Source: Octopus vulgaris
Taxonomy: Eukaryota
DNA length: 64,000 nt
NCBI GenBank assembly: GCA_951406725.2
Contig: OX597830.1
Coordinates: 56,172,001 to 56,236,000, forward strand
Direction of reading: 5' to 3'
In this document: positions 49,641 through 63,961 of the stretch, piece by piece
How positions within the stretch are numbered: position 1 is the first letter of the stretch
Layout: each line of letters begins with the position of its first letter
The notes under the pieces: generated by a model
Told to the model about the DNA's origin: nothing
Databases searched by the model: none
What the model saw: the letters and a program-made list of their open reading frames with translations, nothing else
Translations under genes and position numbers: made by a program

Positions 49641-50803
49641 AATGACAGGGATCATTAAGAGAACCAGTGAAGGTGGATTCCCAAATGGTAACAGCAGTGG
49701 TCATAGCAGAGTCAATACTATGTAGCTAACTGTTGGTTGGTTATAGTTGTGATGGAAGTGACCACCTGTACTGAAGCTGGTGGTGGTAGACAGTAGCAGT
49801 TGCATTGGTGTGTGAGTTGGTGACAATAGCCCCCACCCACCCACTGATATTGTTGGTCACTGCTACTATGATCACTGATCACTTGCTGCAGGGTATGGAT
49901 GCCACCAATCCTACTTCTACATCTACCAACTCTTCTCTTCCACTGTCTGCGCCACTACCAATATGATCAGTGTCAGCAAAGACTGATAATTCTTTCATTG
50001 TTTATTATTGATGATGGGTCTCTGTGCTTGAAATATGAGTGTTATCAAATTTATTCCTTCTCCACATTATGGGAAGCTCTCCATCTTTACTCATTTTACT
50101 TCCTCATCACAATGCTTCAAGCAAGCTACAATACTCTTCATTTATTTTGTTTTTCACTGTTTAAATTGTTAATTCATTTTTGTTGTTGTTATTTTGCTTA
50201 AATCTTAATTTTTTTTACGTCAAAATATTCAGCTCCTGCCCACCAAAAAAAATTTAAATAATAATAATAAATAAATAAAAATAATATAAACCCTATCTAG
50301 TTATTGAGTTCTTTAACTCAATTAAATAAGCCAATGTGAACAAATTATCTGTAAATTGTACCATAAATAATACTACTACTACTAATTCTAACTACTACTA
50401 ATAATGGTGGTGTGAAATAAATGTTTGTACATTCAGAATTTTTGATGATTACACAAAATAAATTTTGGACAGGATCTTAATGCCATTTGTGGGTCTTATT
50501 GCTTTAAATCCATCATGTTTTATAGTAATTTTTCAGGTGTGAGTCTGACAATGCAAAACAAAACAAAACAAAAATCGCTTTCCTTTACCCTCCTCCTAAT
50601 GCCACCAATTCCAGACATCATCTCACTTTAACCATTCCTCATTTTCTATTACAGGTTGTTATTTATTATCTGATATTTTCTTTTTGCTTGTTAATCTGTA
50701 CATTTTGATTGTTTTTGTGAAAGAAAACAAAATATATTATTTTGACATTGTATTTGCAAGATTCTTTGGGGATGTCATTCTGTCCGTGAAAATCACACAA
50801 AAC

Positions 50804-50839
<36 letters not shown>

Positions 50840-51903
50840 TGTACTTCACTTTTATTTTATTGTTAATTAATTCAATTAATTAAAAATAAAGAAGTGAACC
50901 ACAGCTAGTACATATGTTTTTATTGGCACAATACCCCTCCCAAAGTACCAAAAATAGAATATATATTTATTGAATGAGAAATGACAAACATTTTTTTCAA
51001 AAATTCAAATATGTTTTTGAGTTTCAATAAAGAATATCTTAGAATAATTTCATCTACAAATAAGTGACATTACATTCTTATTTTTCTCTTATCCTCATTG
51101 TCATCATTCCTCCTCCTCCTCCCCCTCCTCCTCCTCCTCATCATCATTAAGGCAGTGAGCTAACAGAATCATTAGCATAATGGATAAAAAGCTCAGCAGC
51201 GTTTCTTCCAGCTCTTCACATTCTGAGTTCAAATCCTACTGATGTCACCATTGCCTTTAATCTTTTGAGGGTCAATAAAATAAAGTACCAGTTAAGTACT
51301 AGGGTTGATGTAATTGATCTAATCCTCTCCTCCTAAAATTGCTGCTTTGTGCCAAAATTTGAAAGAATAATAATCATCATCATCATCATCATTGTCATTA
51401 TTATTATAATGTAAGAAATAATTCTTCTTATTAAGGCGGTGAGCAGACAGAATGGTTAACATGCTAGAGAAATTGCTTAGCAGCATTTCTTCCTGGTTTA
51501 TTTGCTGAGGTTGACGTTGCCTTTCATCCTTTTGAGGTTGATAAAATAAGTATCAGTTGAGTAATTGCCTGTCTCCCTCCTCCAAAATGTCAGGCCTTGT
51601 GCCTATAGTAGAAAGGATTATTATTATTATTTTTATTATCATTAAGGTGTTGAGCTGAAGGAACCATTAGCACACTGGACTAAATGCTTAGCAGTACTTT
51701 GCCTGTCTTTATGTTCAGAGTTCAAATTCCACTGAGGTTGACTTTGCTTTTCATCCTTTTAGGGTCAATAAAATAAATACCAGTTGAACACTGGGGTAGA
51801 TATAATTGACCCATCCCCTCCCATAAAATTGCTGCCCTTGTGGCAAAATTTGAAGCCATTGTTATTATTATTATTGTTATCATTATTATTATTATTAATG
51901 TTG

Positions 51904-51956
<53 letters not shown>

Positions 51957-52409
51957 CCATGTGTCTCCTGGTTTTACAATAGGTGCACAGTATCTTCTCA
52001 TGTCATTACATGAAAAAAGGTTGACTGGAGGAGTGTTAGCCATGAAAGGAAATTATATTGACTATCATGGGATACCACAAGGTTAACCTCTACTTAAACT
52101 GAAAAAAATGGCCTTAAAACATTATTGTATATTGCTGTTTGTTTTGTTGTTATTATTTGCAATATCAATATTTACAAATATTTTGCCTTATGAAAATGTC
52201 CTGAAAGAATTATTTACCATCAGATGACCTTATCTCCATCTATAAATGTGTCTGTTTTTCTCTTCAGCAAAGTTCATTATTTTCTGTTAACTTCTCTTCT
52301 TATCTCTTGTTTTATTTGATTCTAGTACATTCCTGCTTTTTTATTTGTATAAATTTTTGTTTATTTTTTTTTTTAACTTGCATCTTTTTCTTTCTCATCA
52401 TTTATGGAA

Positions 52410-52680
52410 TACGACAGCTTTTTGTCTCGTCATTCATGAATGCAACTGCTTTTGGTCAGTTTGTTATGAATATGGCTGCTTTTTACCTGGTCATTCATGA
52501 ACATGATTGCTTTTGGTTTGGTCATGCATGGATATGACTGCTTTTAGTTTGGTCATAGAGGGATATAACAGCTTCTAGTCATGATTGGATGTGATAGCAT
52601 TTGGTTTGGTCTTGATTGCCTACAATAACTTTTTTCCTTGGATGTGAGAGTTTTTAATCAGACACAGATGTAACAGTGCT
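52410..52680. repeat. Degenerate ~30-bp minisatellite (a separate degenerate ~27-bp array lies at ~31575-31990)
   Basis: Recurring (GA)C.GCTTTTGGTTTGGTCAT..ATGGATAT units. Confidence 0.6.
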
Positions 52681-55476
52681 CAGCCCTTGTGCTGTCATAT
52701 TTATTTTGGAATGCACTGCTTTTACTCCACTTAATTTTGAAAATAATAAAGAATTTAGTAAAACAAATTTGTGATTATTAAGCTAGTATTTGAAGCATAA
52801 CATATTTTGATGGAAGATTTTAATTTTAGGCTATTAACCGCATTTTGTGAATTGGTATAATTATATTTACTTACATGACATCATATTTATGAACATAAGA
52901 AGTTCATTTCATAGAAAAAAGGTTAGCTCCAGGTGGGTTGGTATTAAAAGAGTGGGTCACACCTAGATCTGACAGTTTTTAACCATATTTGAATGTTTGT
53001 TTGTTTTTTTTTTAGCTATGTTTGAACGAAGAAGGTGGGGGTCACCTTTAGTTTTGATAGCTTCTTTTCCTGTTTGAATGTAATTTTAATTGACAATTTT
53101 ACCACATCTACTTTCTAATTATGACCTCAGAATATCAACATTCCAATAATGCATTGCTAATCAATAAGTTTTTATGTGTTTTTTTTTTCTGTTTATATTT
53201 ATTGAAACATCTTTACACATTGGTTCAAATGAAGATCACTATAAAAAAACTTATAGAGTATATGTACACACAAACACACATTGCTTATCTAATTGTTTTT
53301 GTTAGCCAAAGAACATACACATTGGCATACATAAGCAAAGTACACATACATGGTAGTACAAGCAAACTAAAGTTTAGTCAAAATGTCAAGAAGAGTAAAT
53401 ATGTATTTTATTATCAAAGTGTATTTTTCTGCATTACTTCAAATTTATTCCTGAATGGCAATCATCAGACAGTGCAGCAACTGAAATATATTAGTATTGA
53501 ATCACAATCTGATGATTGCCATTTGTTTAAAAACTTGAAGTAATAGAAAGGTAGACAAATTTAACTATAATAATCACTAAAATACCTATTCTTAATTGTC
53601 ATTAAACCTATAACTGATAATGATATTTGGCAATTCAAATACAAATTTTGCAATGAAAAACAATAAAATTGAGAACTTGGATGATCTCTAAATATTTCTG
53701 ACAATTGAACAGTATCATCATCATCGTTTAATGTCCGTTTTCCATGCTAGCATGGATTAGACGGTTCGACCGGAGTCTGGGAAGCCAGGAGGCTGCACCA
53801 GGCTCCAGTCTGATCTGGCAGTGTTTCTACGGCTGGATATGCCCTTCCTAACGCCAAAACACTTTCATTATTGAATATTGGACACCATTATTTATAATGT
53901 CTAGTGGTTATTGCAATACTAGAATTTGAAGAAGTTAAGTCTTGTATGTGTGTGTGTGTGTGATAGTTCACTGGAATCTGGTGTATACAAGTGAGTCAGT
54001 ATTTAATTAAACAGCCATCTATGTATCATGCTTAATGTATACACACTGTTGATAAGTCAGTTACTGCAGTATTTGTCCTGAAATAACATCTATCATGAAT
54101 TGAGCTTGCGGCTGGCTGTGTGTACTGAAAAAGCCCCAAAGGGTCAAAATGCATCTGGTGTTCTTGGTGGCCTCTGCTGGGATGAATGTTCGGTCTCTGT
54201 CTAATAATTATTCTGTTTTTCACTCAGCAAGTCCATAGAACATGTTATCTAAGTACAAATACTAGTAACTAACCTATCAACAACGGGTCTACATTAATTA
54301 TAATACAGATGGCTATGGTAAATAGAAATAAAAGCATGAATTTTACATGTTTCATAATTTGCTTTTGACAGCTGACTCAGTGGAATAGGAACATCATCGT
54401 TTATATAATCCTATAGCCAACATACATAACAAACAAATTTAAATAGGATGGGTTATTTATCTCATCAGGAGAGAAAGACAGAAAGTAGAAATTACAATAT
54501 ATTTATACATAACAAAATTTTACTTTTTATATCAAACTTTCTCTTATCCTTAAATCTGTAATGTCTCTTGTTAAAATCCTATTAAATTCAACTTGTTAAT
54601 AATTCTTGACGTTTATGATATTAGAAATTTTATAAAAACGACAAAATTAAGTTTCACTGAACTCTAAGTATTCTTTAAGTTTATTATTATTTTACAAAAG
54701 CCTTACATATACAACAATGAGGGAATATTATTCCAAACTTACAGGGAAAAATTCAATTTAGAAATACTAAATCAAATTTCACAAAATATAATATATATAT
54801 ATATATTATATTATGTTTTATCTTATATTTAATCTTTCTATAATATGTAATTTTCTAGATGGTATAATTTAATTTTTCATTATTGAATTGATAAAAGATG
54901 GTCTTTTTTCTAATTTATATATATATATATATATTTATGTATTTAAAACTTTTTGCAAAATATATGTGATACAGTCACAATATTTAAAGAAAGATTTTCT
55001 AAAAATTTATTAACTATTTAAAAAAATTTCTTAGGAAAACAGAATAACACGAACCCTTTGGAATGAAGTTTTCATATTGTGTGTAAGCACTTTCATTGTT
55101 CAGTTTTCCAAAAATACACACACCCATATAATATTACAGCCATGAAATTAGATTTTTTTAATCACTTTTTCTGGCATTAAATGTTTCTATAATTTACCCC
55201 AACTGCCCTCTGATGTGTTTGCTTGTGTGTGTGTGTGTGTATGTGTGCATGTGTATGTATATATATATATTAATTTTTTTATTTATTTATGATATTCATT
55301 ATATATACATATGTATTGAATGCAAGTAGTTATTACATCTGGTACTTTTCAGTCATGGTTTTAAACTGCACAATGATGATCTCGGTGTTATAGATGTATT
55401 GCTGAAATGTTATGCAGGGGAACCCAGAGGCCCAGTCTTCAGCAATGCCCTACTACTACTTAAAATAATAATAATG

Positions 55477-55507
<31 letters not shown>

Positions 55508-55900
55508 AATAATGATAATGGTTTTAATTTTGTTCCAGCAGTTTTGAGAGAAAGGGATTAGGCAATAGTATTGATCCCAGTAATTGACTGGTACTTTATT
55601 TATATTGAACCATTAAAGTACAATTGGCAAAGTTGATGTTATAATGGTTCTACCTTCCAGCACACTATCTTTAATTACTTTTAATTTAGTTACAAGGCCA
55701 ACAATTTATGAGGGGAGGGGCATAAAATTTTGTCATTGACTTTAGTACTTGACCGGTACTTTATTTTATCAACCCGCTAAAAAGATAAGAGGGAAAATTG
55801 ACCTGGGCAGGATCTGAACTTGTGATGTAAACAAATCTGAAAAAACACCATAAGGTATTTTGTTTGGTACTCCAACAATTCTGCCTTACTAATGATAATG

Positions 55901-55934
<34 letters not shown>

Positions 55935-56284
55935 TAATCACAGTTAACTTATCGTGTTTCAGATAAAGGAATTTAGAAGTTTGATGCATCCCAAGTCTAT
56001 ATTTTTTCAGGTAGCTTAGAACTTCGCGAATGTGATATCTTGTTTATCGATAATTAAAAAAGAAGTTAAATATATTTAATATATATAAATATTGTTTGAT
56101 GTATTTATTACGGAGTGTGTGTGTGTATAATATCCATTTGTATAAATATATTATTGAGATCATATATGCTTATCTGTTTTTCATTTAGTATTTCTGATTA
56201 TGGATTTACTTGATGACAATGTATATTCATATATGTATGTATATACATTATATATCATGCATTTAAATATATGCCATGTATGTG

Positions 56285-56326
<42 letters not shown>

Positions 56327-56423
56327 CATTTGATTTATATGTATTTAATGTGTATATATTATATAAACATTGGGTTTATATACATGTGTGTGTGTGGATA
56401 ATCATACCATACATCTGTCTGTC

Positions 56424-56508
<85 letters not shown>

Positions 56509-57682
56509 AATTCAAAGTATTTGATGCGTCGGTATTATGATGAAGTCCTTGGCAGAAATTGAACTGTGGACCTCTAATTGAATAAGACAGCAGGAGATGA
56601 ATGTTAGTTGAATTCCTATGGAGGAGTTAGTCATAAGATTTTACGTTAAAGAAATCTTGCATATACAAATGTGTAATGTTTAATAAATAGTTTACATTTA
56701 AAAAAGACAAAAACAAAAAAAAACTTGCCTGTATAATTCCATATATCAGTATGTGTATATGTATGTATGTTTGTGTGTGTGTGTGTGGGTACATATACAT
56801 GTGTGTGTGTTTATTTAAAGCTATGTACTTTGTAATTGCTTTTCTGACTCTATGCATTACTAACCCTGATTCCCCTCTAATTTTTGTGTGTGTATGTATG
56901 CATATGTATTTATATGTGTGTATATGTATGTACATGTGCACATAAATTTATATAAATGTGTATGTATATATATATATTCATATATATGTATATATCAATA
57001 TGTACATACATACATATATATATATGTATATATATGTATACATACAAGATTTTTATATATATATGTTTACATTATAAACATTGAGTCTGATATAACATAT
57101 TTTGTGTAGTCACAAACGTATTTTGTTGGACTCAATTTTTTTTTTATAAAACATATTGACACTCAGACTTCACACATTAATTCCTATTTTCATTTTTCCT
57201 TCTGACCGTGGCCTGACCGTGTTCCTATGAACTGGTGGACCCAGGACCATATTATACATACATGTATACACACATGCATACGCATTACAACTTCTCCATA
57301 TCAAACATGATATTTAATCTCTATTATTTAATGTATAATTCTATTGTTAATTTCTCTATCTTCATGCTTTCTCTACCTTCATCCTTTCCTCTGATGCTGT
57401 TGACAGAGTACTTCAGTCGCTGAGTTTCAAAGTGTACCCATCAGTATTACAGAGTTCTTGCTAAAAATAGTCTTTCACCTTTTTTTTTTTAAGACAAAAA
57501 AAAAGAGAAAACAAACTTAGATTATCTTCAGTTACATCTCACCTCAAACTGTTATTTTGAAGAGAGACAAAAAAAGAAATGAATATTTTATTTTTGTTTA
57601 TTTCATGTTTTGTTTTGTTATTTCTATTATTATCTTTGAATATTTCAATTGATCCATCCATTGATTATCAAATTAAAACTGA

Positions 57683-57941
57683 ATATATATATATATATAT
57701 GTATGTATATATTCACATATATACATATATATATATATGTATGTATATATGTATGTATATATTCACATATATACATATATATATATATGTATGTATATAT
57801 GTATGTATATATTCACATATATACATATATATATATATATGTATACATATATATTTATATGTATGTATATATGTATGTATACACATATATTTATATGTAT
57901 TTATATATATATGTATGTATACATATATATTTATATGTATG

Positions 57942-57978
<37 letters not shown>

Positions 57979-58094
57979 GTATACATATATATCTATGTGT
58001 ATATATATATATGTGTATATATATATATGTATACATACATATATATTTATATATATATGTGTATACATATATATTTATATATATATATATGTGT

Positions 58095-58137
<43 letters not shown>

Positions 58138-58245
58138 GATATATATATATATATATACGTACACATACAGATATATATATATATATACGTACACATACAT
58201 ATATATGAATACATATATATATCTATACATTCATATATATATACA

Positions 58246-58278
<33 letters not shown>
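57683..58278. repeat. ~600-bp complex (TA)n/TACA/TATG microsatellite
   Basis: Seen directly. It accounts for the Y/I-rich ORFs at 57579-58329. Confidence 0.97.
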
Positions 58279-58282
<4 letters not shown>

Positions 58283-59314
58283 AAACTGCTTCTGAAAAAC
58301 TGTTAACAATATCTGATAAAACTAAATAAATAAAATCACAGAAGAAATCAAATTGTGTTTGTTGTTAATGGTTTTACTCCCATTATTATTGTTGAAGTGA
58401 AGGCAGTGAGCTGGCAGAATCATTGGCACAGTAGGCAAAATGCTTAGGGGCATTTTGTCTGTCTTTACATGCTGAGTTCAAATTCGACCAAGGTCACCTT
58501 TGCCTTTCATCCTTCTGGGGTCAATAAAATAAGTACCAGTTGAACACTGGGGTCGATGTAATCAGCTTACCCACTCCCACAAAATTGCTGGCCATGTGCC
58601 AAAATTTGAAACCATTATTATTGTTAAAGTTATTGATGATAATGATAATTTACAAGGCATCTAAGAATCTTGGGATGGAAGGTCACTAGAAGTTATTCTC
58701 AAACCAGAGACCTGACCCCCAAATGCTTACAACAAGAGTGGAGTTTGCTAAAGGTACCGATGGTGGCATGTGGTGGTGTTAAACTGGGTGATGGATTAAG
58801 CCTATCATTCATGTAGGCCATGTTGGGATTTGAACTCAGAATGTAAACAGCTGGAACAAATACAGCAAAACATCTGGTCCAGTGTTTTTACTCTTCTGCC
58901 AATCCACTGCCTTTGATTTGTACATGTTCATCAACCCTGAAAAATAAAATGCAAAGTTGATGTCAGTAGTGTTTGAACTCTGAGCACACACAGTCAGAAT
59001 ACTACAAAGCATTCTACACAAACAGAGACATCCAATTTGTGGTTGCTGTGAAAAAGATGATGAAACAAACCAGTGAAGGGTCAAGTTAACTCTTAGCTTA
59101 ACACTTACTTGGTTCCTGGCTTTAAGGGTATCGTGAAAGGCCTAGTTGGAGGCCCAACCATCCGAGTTCTTTTACAGGGTTTAGGAAAAACTGAAGGACC
59201 GCTGCAATAAGTGTGTGAATCTGAGAGGGGAATATGTTGAATAAAATCATAATTAACTGATCCTCCTCTATTTTCTTTTACTCAAAGCCAAGAACTTTTC
59301 AGCCCCCCCCCTTG

Positions 59315-59379
<65 letters not shown>

Positions 59380-59399
59380 TAATAACACCTATAAGAAGG

Positions 59400-59866
59400 T
59401 GCTTTTTCTATTCTCCAAAGTGAATGGAGCCTTGGCCAGAAGGAACTGACATCATCAGACAGTATCCAATGTTCATCGAATGTTTTGACCCTGAACTGTA
59501 ACACCCTCCCATTGGTGGGTCAGCAGAGATGGCCAAGTTGCTGCTCCTTATTTCCTCCTTGAGCCCTTTTTCATTCTTGCAGATCTTTCTGCAGTGACTC
59601 TTTACTTCCAGTACCTCCCCAACTACTGATGTTTCAACAGGTGCTACTACTGAGAACTGCAACTGTGGCTCTTCCTTCCCACGGTCCAGCCTGACTCAGT
59701 GTATCTTGAGCCTTTGCAGATATTTCCACAGAGACATTTCACTCCCACTATCTCTCCAGTTAAGGGTACTCGGGGCTGCCTCTGGATCTGTAGCTCATTC
59801 TTTGTCATGACCATTGGATCTGTACTGTTGAGTCTCTCATTCTTCACCACCTCGCGGGAGATTCTG
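59400..59866 (-). mobile_element. Decayed N-terminal zinc-finger region of a HERO/NeSL-like RLE retrotransposon
   Basis: Two C-x-C-G-K-x-C-K-like motifs (VKCLCGNICKG and SHCRKICKNEKGLK) in adjacent broken frames. Confidence 0.55.
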
Positions 59867-60958
59867 TATGTATGTATATTCATATATCATCATCATCATC
59901 ATCATCATCACCACCATTTAACACAAGCATTGAAAACAGATTTTAAAGGATGATGGTGATGATGATGATGATGATGATATATATATGTAAACACAAAGAA
60001 TGAAAATACATTGTTAGCAATTAAATTGTCTTACACATATTTCAAATAGACGGGCACAACCCAATTAAGGTACACAAAGCAATATGCATATTTAATTAAT
60101 CCTTCGTTTTAATTTACTAAAATGCCACAGGAAGAGAAGAATTATGTACCATTCTATTTGTATCAAAGCTAGAGGATTTGATAATGCATCTTCAGTCTTT
60201 GTGATTTTTCTAATACACTCTGTGATTAATGCAGTCCAATAACCGAAACAAGTCAAAGAAGATACAATTTACTGTTTTCGAAATGCCTGTAGTTTGTGCA
60301 GCAAACTCTTACATCAAAAGTATTGATTCCAATTCCATTACAGTCACAGAAACATGGATACATTGTTTACTCTATGACAGTGTTTTTAGCTAGGCTGGCT
60401 ACTGCTTGTTTCACAAAGGCTGCTTTAATTACTGTTGGGGGAGAGCAATGGTTTACATTTACTCAAGTTTTTTAACAAGTCCTTGTGATAATTTGAACCA
60501 GTTACAACAAAAGGTAATTTTAAGTGATATTTGTATAAGGACTTCAACACTTCAACACTTGGAGTTGTTTACTGTTCCACAACCTACCACCAAGACATAA
60601 ATTTTTGACAGCTGCATCTAGGAAAACAGCTATTTACCTTATGATTGGTGATTTTGTTTATTCAAGGTTTGATTGGAAAACCTTCCACTGGCTACAAGTT
60701 GCAAATGATTTCCTAGTTCTGGTGTTAGATTCAAACTGGTCCCAAATAGTCACCTCTCCACAAGAGGTAACAACACCTTGGATCTGCTGTTTACCACTGA
60801 GTCTGGAAATGTTATCAGTATCACTACCAAGGACCCTTTAAGTGACTGATCGTGCTATGATCATTACAGTCTCTCTCTTACAGGTGGAAAAGAAAAAGCC
60901 TGTCATCACCCACAAACTACTTATTTTGACTAAGACAAAGTTGACTGGAACTCTATTG

Positions 60959-61458
60959 CAAGGGGCCCCTACCACCTGATCATGGATCAGTATCGGGCTG
61001 TGGATCATTTGGTACTGGGCTACTCAGAAAGAATATATTTGTAAATTCTGTTTCTATTTTATCAACTATCACAGTCTGCTGAGTGTTTTTTGTATTATAT
61101 ATATAACATATACATGGCGAGCTGGCAGACACGTTAGCACGCCGGGCAAAATGCTTAGTGGTATTTCGTCCGTCGTTACGTTCTGAGTTCAAGTTCCGCT
61201 GAGGTCAACTTTGCCTTTCATCCTTTCAGAGTCGATAAATAAAGTACCAGTTTCACACTGGGGGTGATATAATCGACTTAATCCCTTCGTCTGTCCTTGT
61301 TTGTCCCCTCTTGTGGGCAGTAAAGAAATATATATATGAAATAAATTATATATTATAAGCTTTTTTTGTGTTTTGTTATGCACATGATCCCCGAGTCCAT
61401 GGAAAAAATTTTCTTGCATGAAACTGGTCTGTGGTGGGAAAATGGTTGAGGACTGCTA
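60959..61458. mobile_element. hAT-Charlie/MER1-like MITE interrupted by a SINE
   Basis: Perfect 8-bp TSD CTCTATTG (60951-60958, 61459-61466). Ends are CAAGGGGCCCCT...GGTTGAGGACTGCTA. A related 5' half lies at ~8166-8290. Confidence 0.8.
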
Positions 61459-61660
61459 CTCTATTGTACTGAGTCACAGAGCCCCAAACTGGATTGCATT
61501 TTATAATTCTGGAGATGCCAATACTATCCTTCAGGATATCACTATTTCAATCTGGACCACATGCAAAGCATCAGTAACATATAAATGTGTCAGAAACCTT
61601 GAAAGTGCAATTTAGGAGACTGTAGCAGTCCATGTTGTAAAGAAAGAACTTCAGGATGCT

Positions 61661-61741
61661 GAATGTGAGTACAGATTATACAGAACAGAAGATTGTAGAA
61701 TGTGAGTACAGATTATACAGAACAGAAGATTGTAGAATGTG
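61661..61741. repeat. 37-bp perfect tandem duplication
   Basis: GAATGTGAGTACAGATTATACAGAACAGAAGATTGTA occurs twice. Confidence 0.95.
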
Positions 61742-62734
61742 CAACAGAGAACCAACCATCTAAAGCGGGTGACTAAAAAAAAAAGTTGTGCCTTAATGTG
61801 AACTATGTATAGCAATCAACCTGGATAATAAGCAGTTGGAAATGCACATTTAAAACAGAGACCCCTCTTTCTCTCTCTAGTTGAACCTCATTGCAGTCCC
61901 TACACAGATTAAATTACTAGCAATTCCAAAGAATGTCATCGTCATCATCATCCTCACTTAACATCCACTGGCACGGGTTGGACAGTTTGATAGGAACTGG
62001 TAAGCCAGATTTTTTTTTATAGCTGAGGGTCTCATCAAATCTAGTACTTGTATGACCCCCATCAGTATGCCTTGCATACATATAAAAGATTAGCAACCTC
62101 CAAAACAGACTAAGTTGCATATAAAACAAAAGACCATCTGGTTGACTGACAATGACTCACACACCAACACTTGGTCAATAGATACATTGTCTCCTCACAC
62201 TGTCTCTTCTGCCATAACTACAACAATATCTGCTTCTCAGGACTAACTAGTTGCACATCATCTCTCAGGCTCACTTAAAAAAATCTTTCTTTCCTCATCT
62301 CATCACTCACCAACCCACAAACCCTGCACTGAAAAGCTATTTCCAATTTCCCTTCCCAAGAACATCAGCCCACTGGAATTTCTTTCCTTCTGTGCTTTCC
62401 CAGCAGACATTTGAACATTAAACTGCATTAATCTCACTAATTCTGGATCTTCCTTTTGGTCGATTGTTTTTGCTTGTTATTTGGCCTCAGGTCAATCCTA
62501 CTCTGTGGACGTAGATCTATAAGCAAAGCCATGCCCCTTCTTCCTGACTAAACCATGAAAATGAAAACAGATAAAAAAAGAAAATTGCTTTGCTCCAGAA
62601 AACGAAACTGTTTTGCAGTCTTTGCGATTGGGCCAGTAGCAAACGACCGTAAAGGCAATAAGGATGAAACTTTGGAAGTACTGAAACTAGAATTCTGTTT
62701 GCATACAAACTTTAATAGAAACAAATATATGGAT

Positions 62735-63119
62735 CTTTTCGGTTTGAACGGCAGTTTTTTCTAGTGGTGTCATATGAAATTGTCACCCATAATTATGACC
62801 CTAGTATCGATCTATTGCATTTCAATCTGTTTTAGGGTTAGGGGTGGGGAGGGTATCTTTTTTCTTCAGAAATGTAAATAAACCCAATTTGTTTCTTAAA
62901 CGAGGGACATATTCATACGGCACAGAATGTTTTCACCTCAATAGACGTCATTGATTGGTTGAAATTGCAGAAAAAACAAACAACAAATATCTTACAAACT
63001 ATAGAATTTTCTCAATAAAGCCAAGAGAAAAAGATGTTTTATAAACACATTCTACCAGTATACGAAGTTTAAAAGTGTTTAGTTACGTGGAAATTATTAA
63101 AAAAAACTGCCGTCCAAAT
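62735..63119. mobile_element. Non-autonomous TIR DNA element
   Basis: Inverted ends TTTGAACGGCAGTTTTTT (62743-62760) and AAAAAACTGCCGTCCAAA (63102-63119). Confidence 0.65.
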
Positions 63120-63576
63120 AAATTGCCCCGGGAGTGGATTTGAAACCGTATCGCATGATCTCAGAATTTTCTCTCCTTCGTTCTCAAAAGTAAAAATAAT
63201 AAAAAAAAAAGAAATGAATTACTGTTCTTGGTAGAACTCTTCATCGTTTTCCCATCGTATGGCGCAGCTTTTGAAGCGTGTTCAGACAGCTCCTTGTGGT
63301 CAGCAGCGCATGGCTTGCATTATTCCACATAGCTCTTCGCTCAAATATGCCCGTACTTCTCCGGGACGATGTGGACTTTGAAAGAATCTTCCAAAAACTT
63401 GGTACGTATGTTAAAATATTAACTGTTATGTTATTGGAAGGAAGAGAAAACTGGAATTGAAGTTCAGTAGACAGCAGCTACCCACGGTTCCCCCCGTTTG
63501 GTTTTATTTCGTTTCAACATGTTTAAGTAACCTCCCGAACTGAAATAAAAATTTAGTTTCTACTTAAATTACGAGC

Positions 63577-63622
<46 letters not shown>

Positions 63623-63630
63623 GCACACAC

Positions 63631-63961
63631 ACAATAACAAAGCTGTTTATGTTTAATATAGAGACAGAGATGTCTAATCTAAGGAAACCCTCTTCAGGCA
63701 GGTATATAATTAAAGGTGTTCTAGTTATATATACATATATACACTCACAATAACAAAGCTGTTTAAGTTTAATATAGAGACAGAGATGTCTAATCTAAGG
63801 AAACCCTCTTCAGGCAGGTATATAATTAAAGGTGTTCTAGTTATATATACATATATACACTCACAATAACAAAGCTGTTTAAGTTTAATATAGAGACAGA
63901 GGTGTTGTCTAATCCAAGGAAACCCTCTTCAGACAGGTATATAATTAAAGGTGTTCTAGTT
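63631..63961. repeat. 116-bp tandem repeat, ~2.9 copies
   Basis: ACAATAACAAAGCTGTTT starts at 63631, 63747 and 63863. Confidence 0.95.

Noticed and set aside
57579-58329. Overlapping 139-226 aa ORFs
   Set aside because: These are translations of a (TA)n-derived microsatellite that lacks stops, giving Y/I/C/M low complexity.
62833-62850. TTTAGGGTTAGGGG telomere-like sequence
   Set aside because: Only about two units, located inside a TIR element.
63631-63961. CRISPR-like repeat array
   Set aside because: The units are contiguous tandem copies with no unique spacers, the context is eukaryotic and there are no cas genes.
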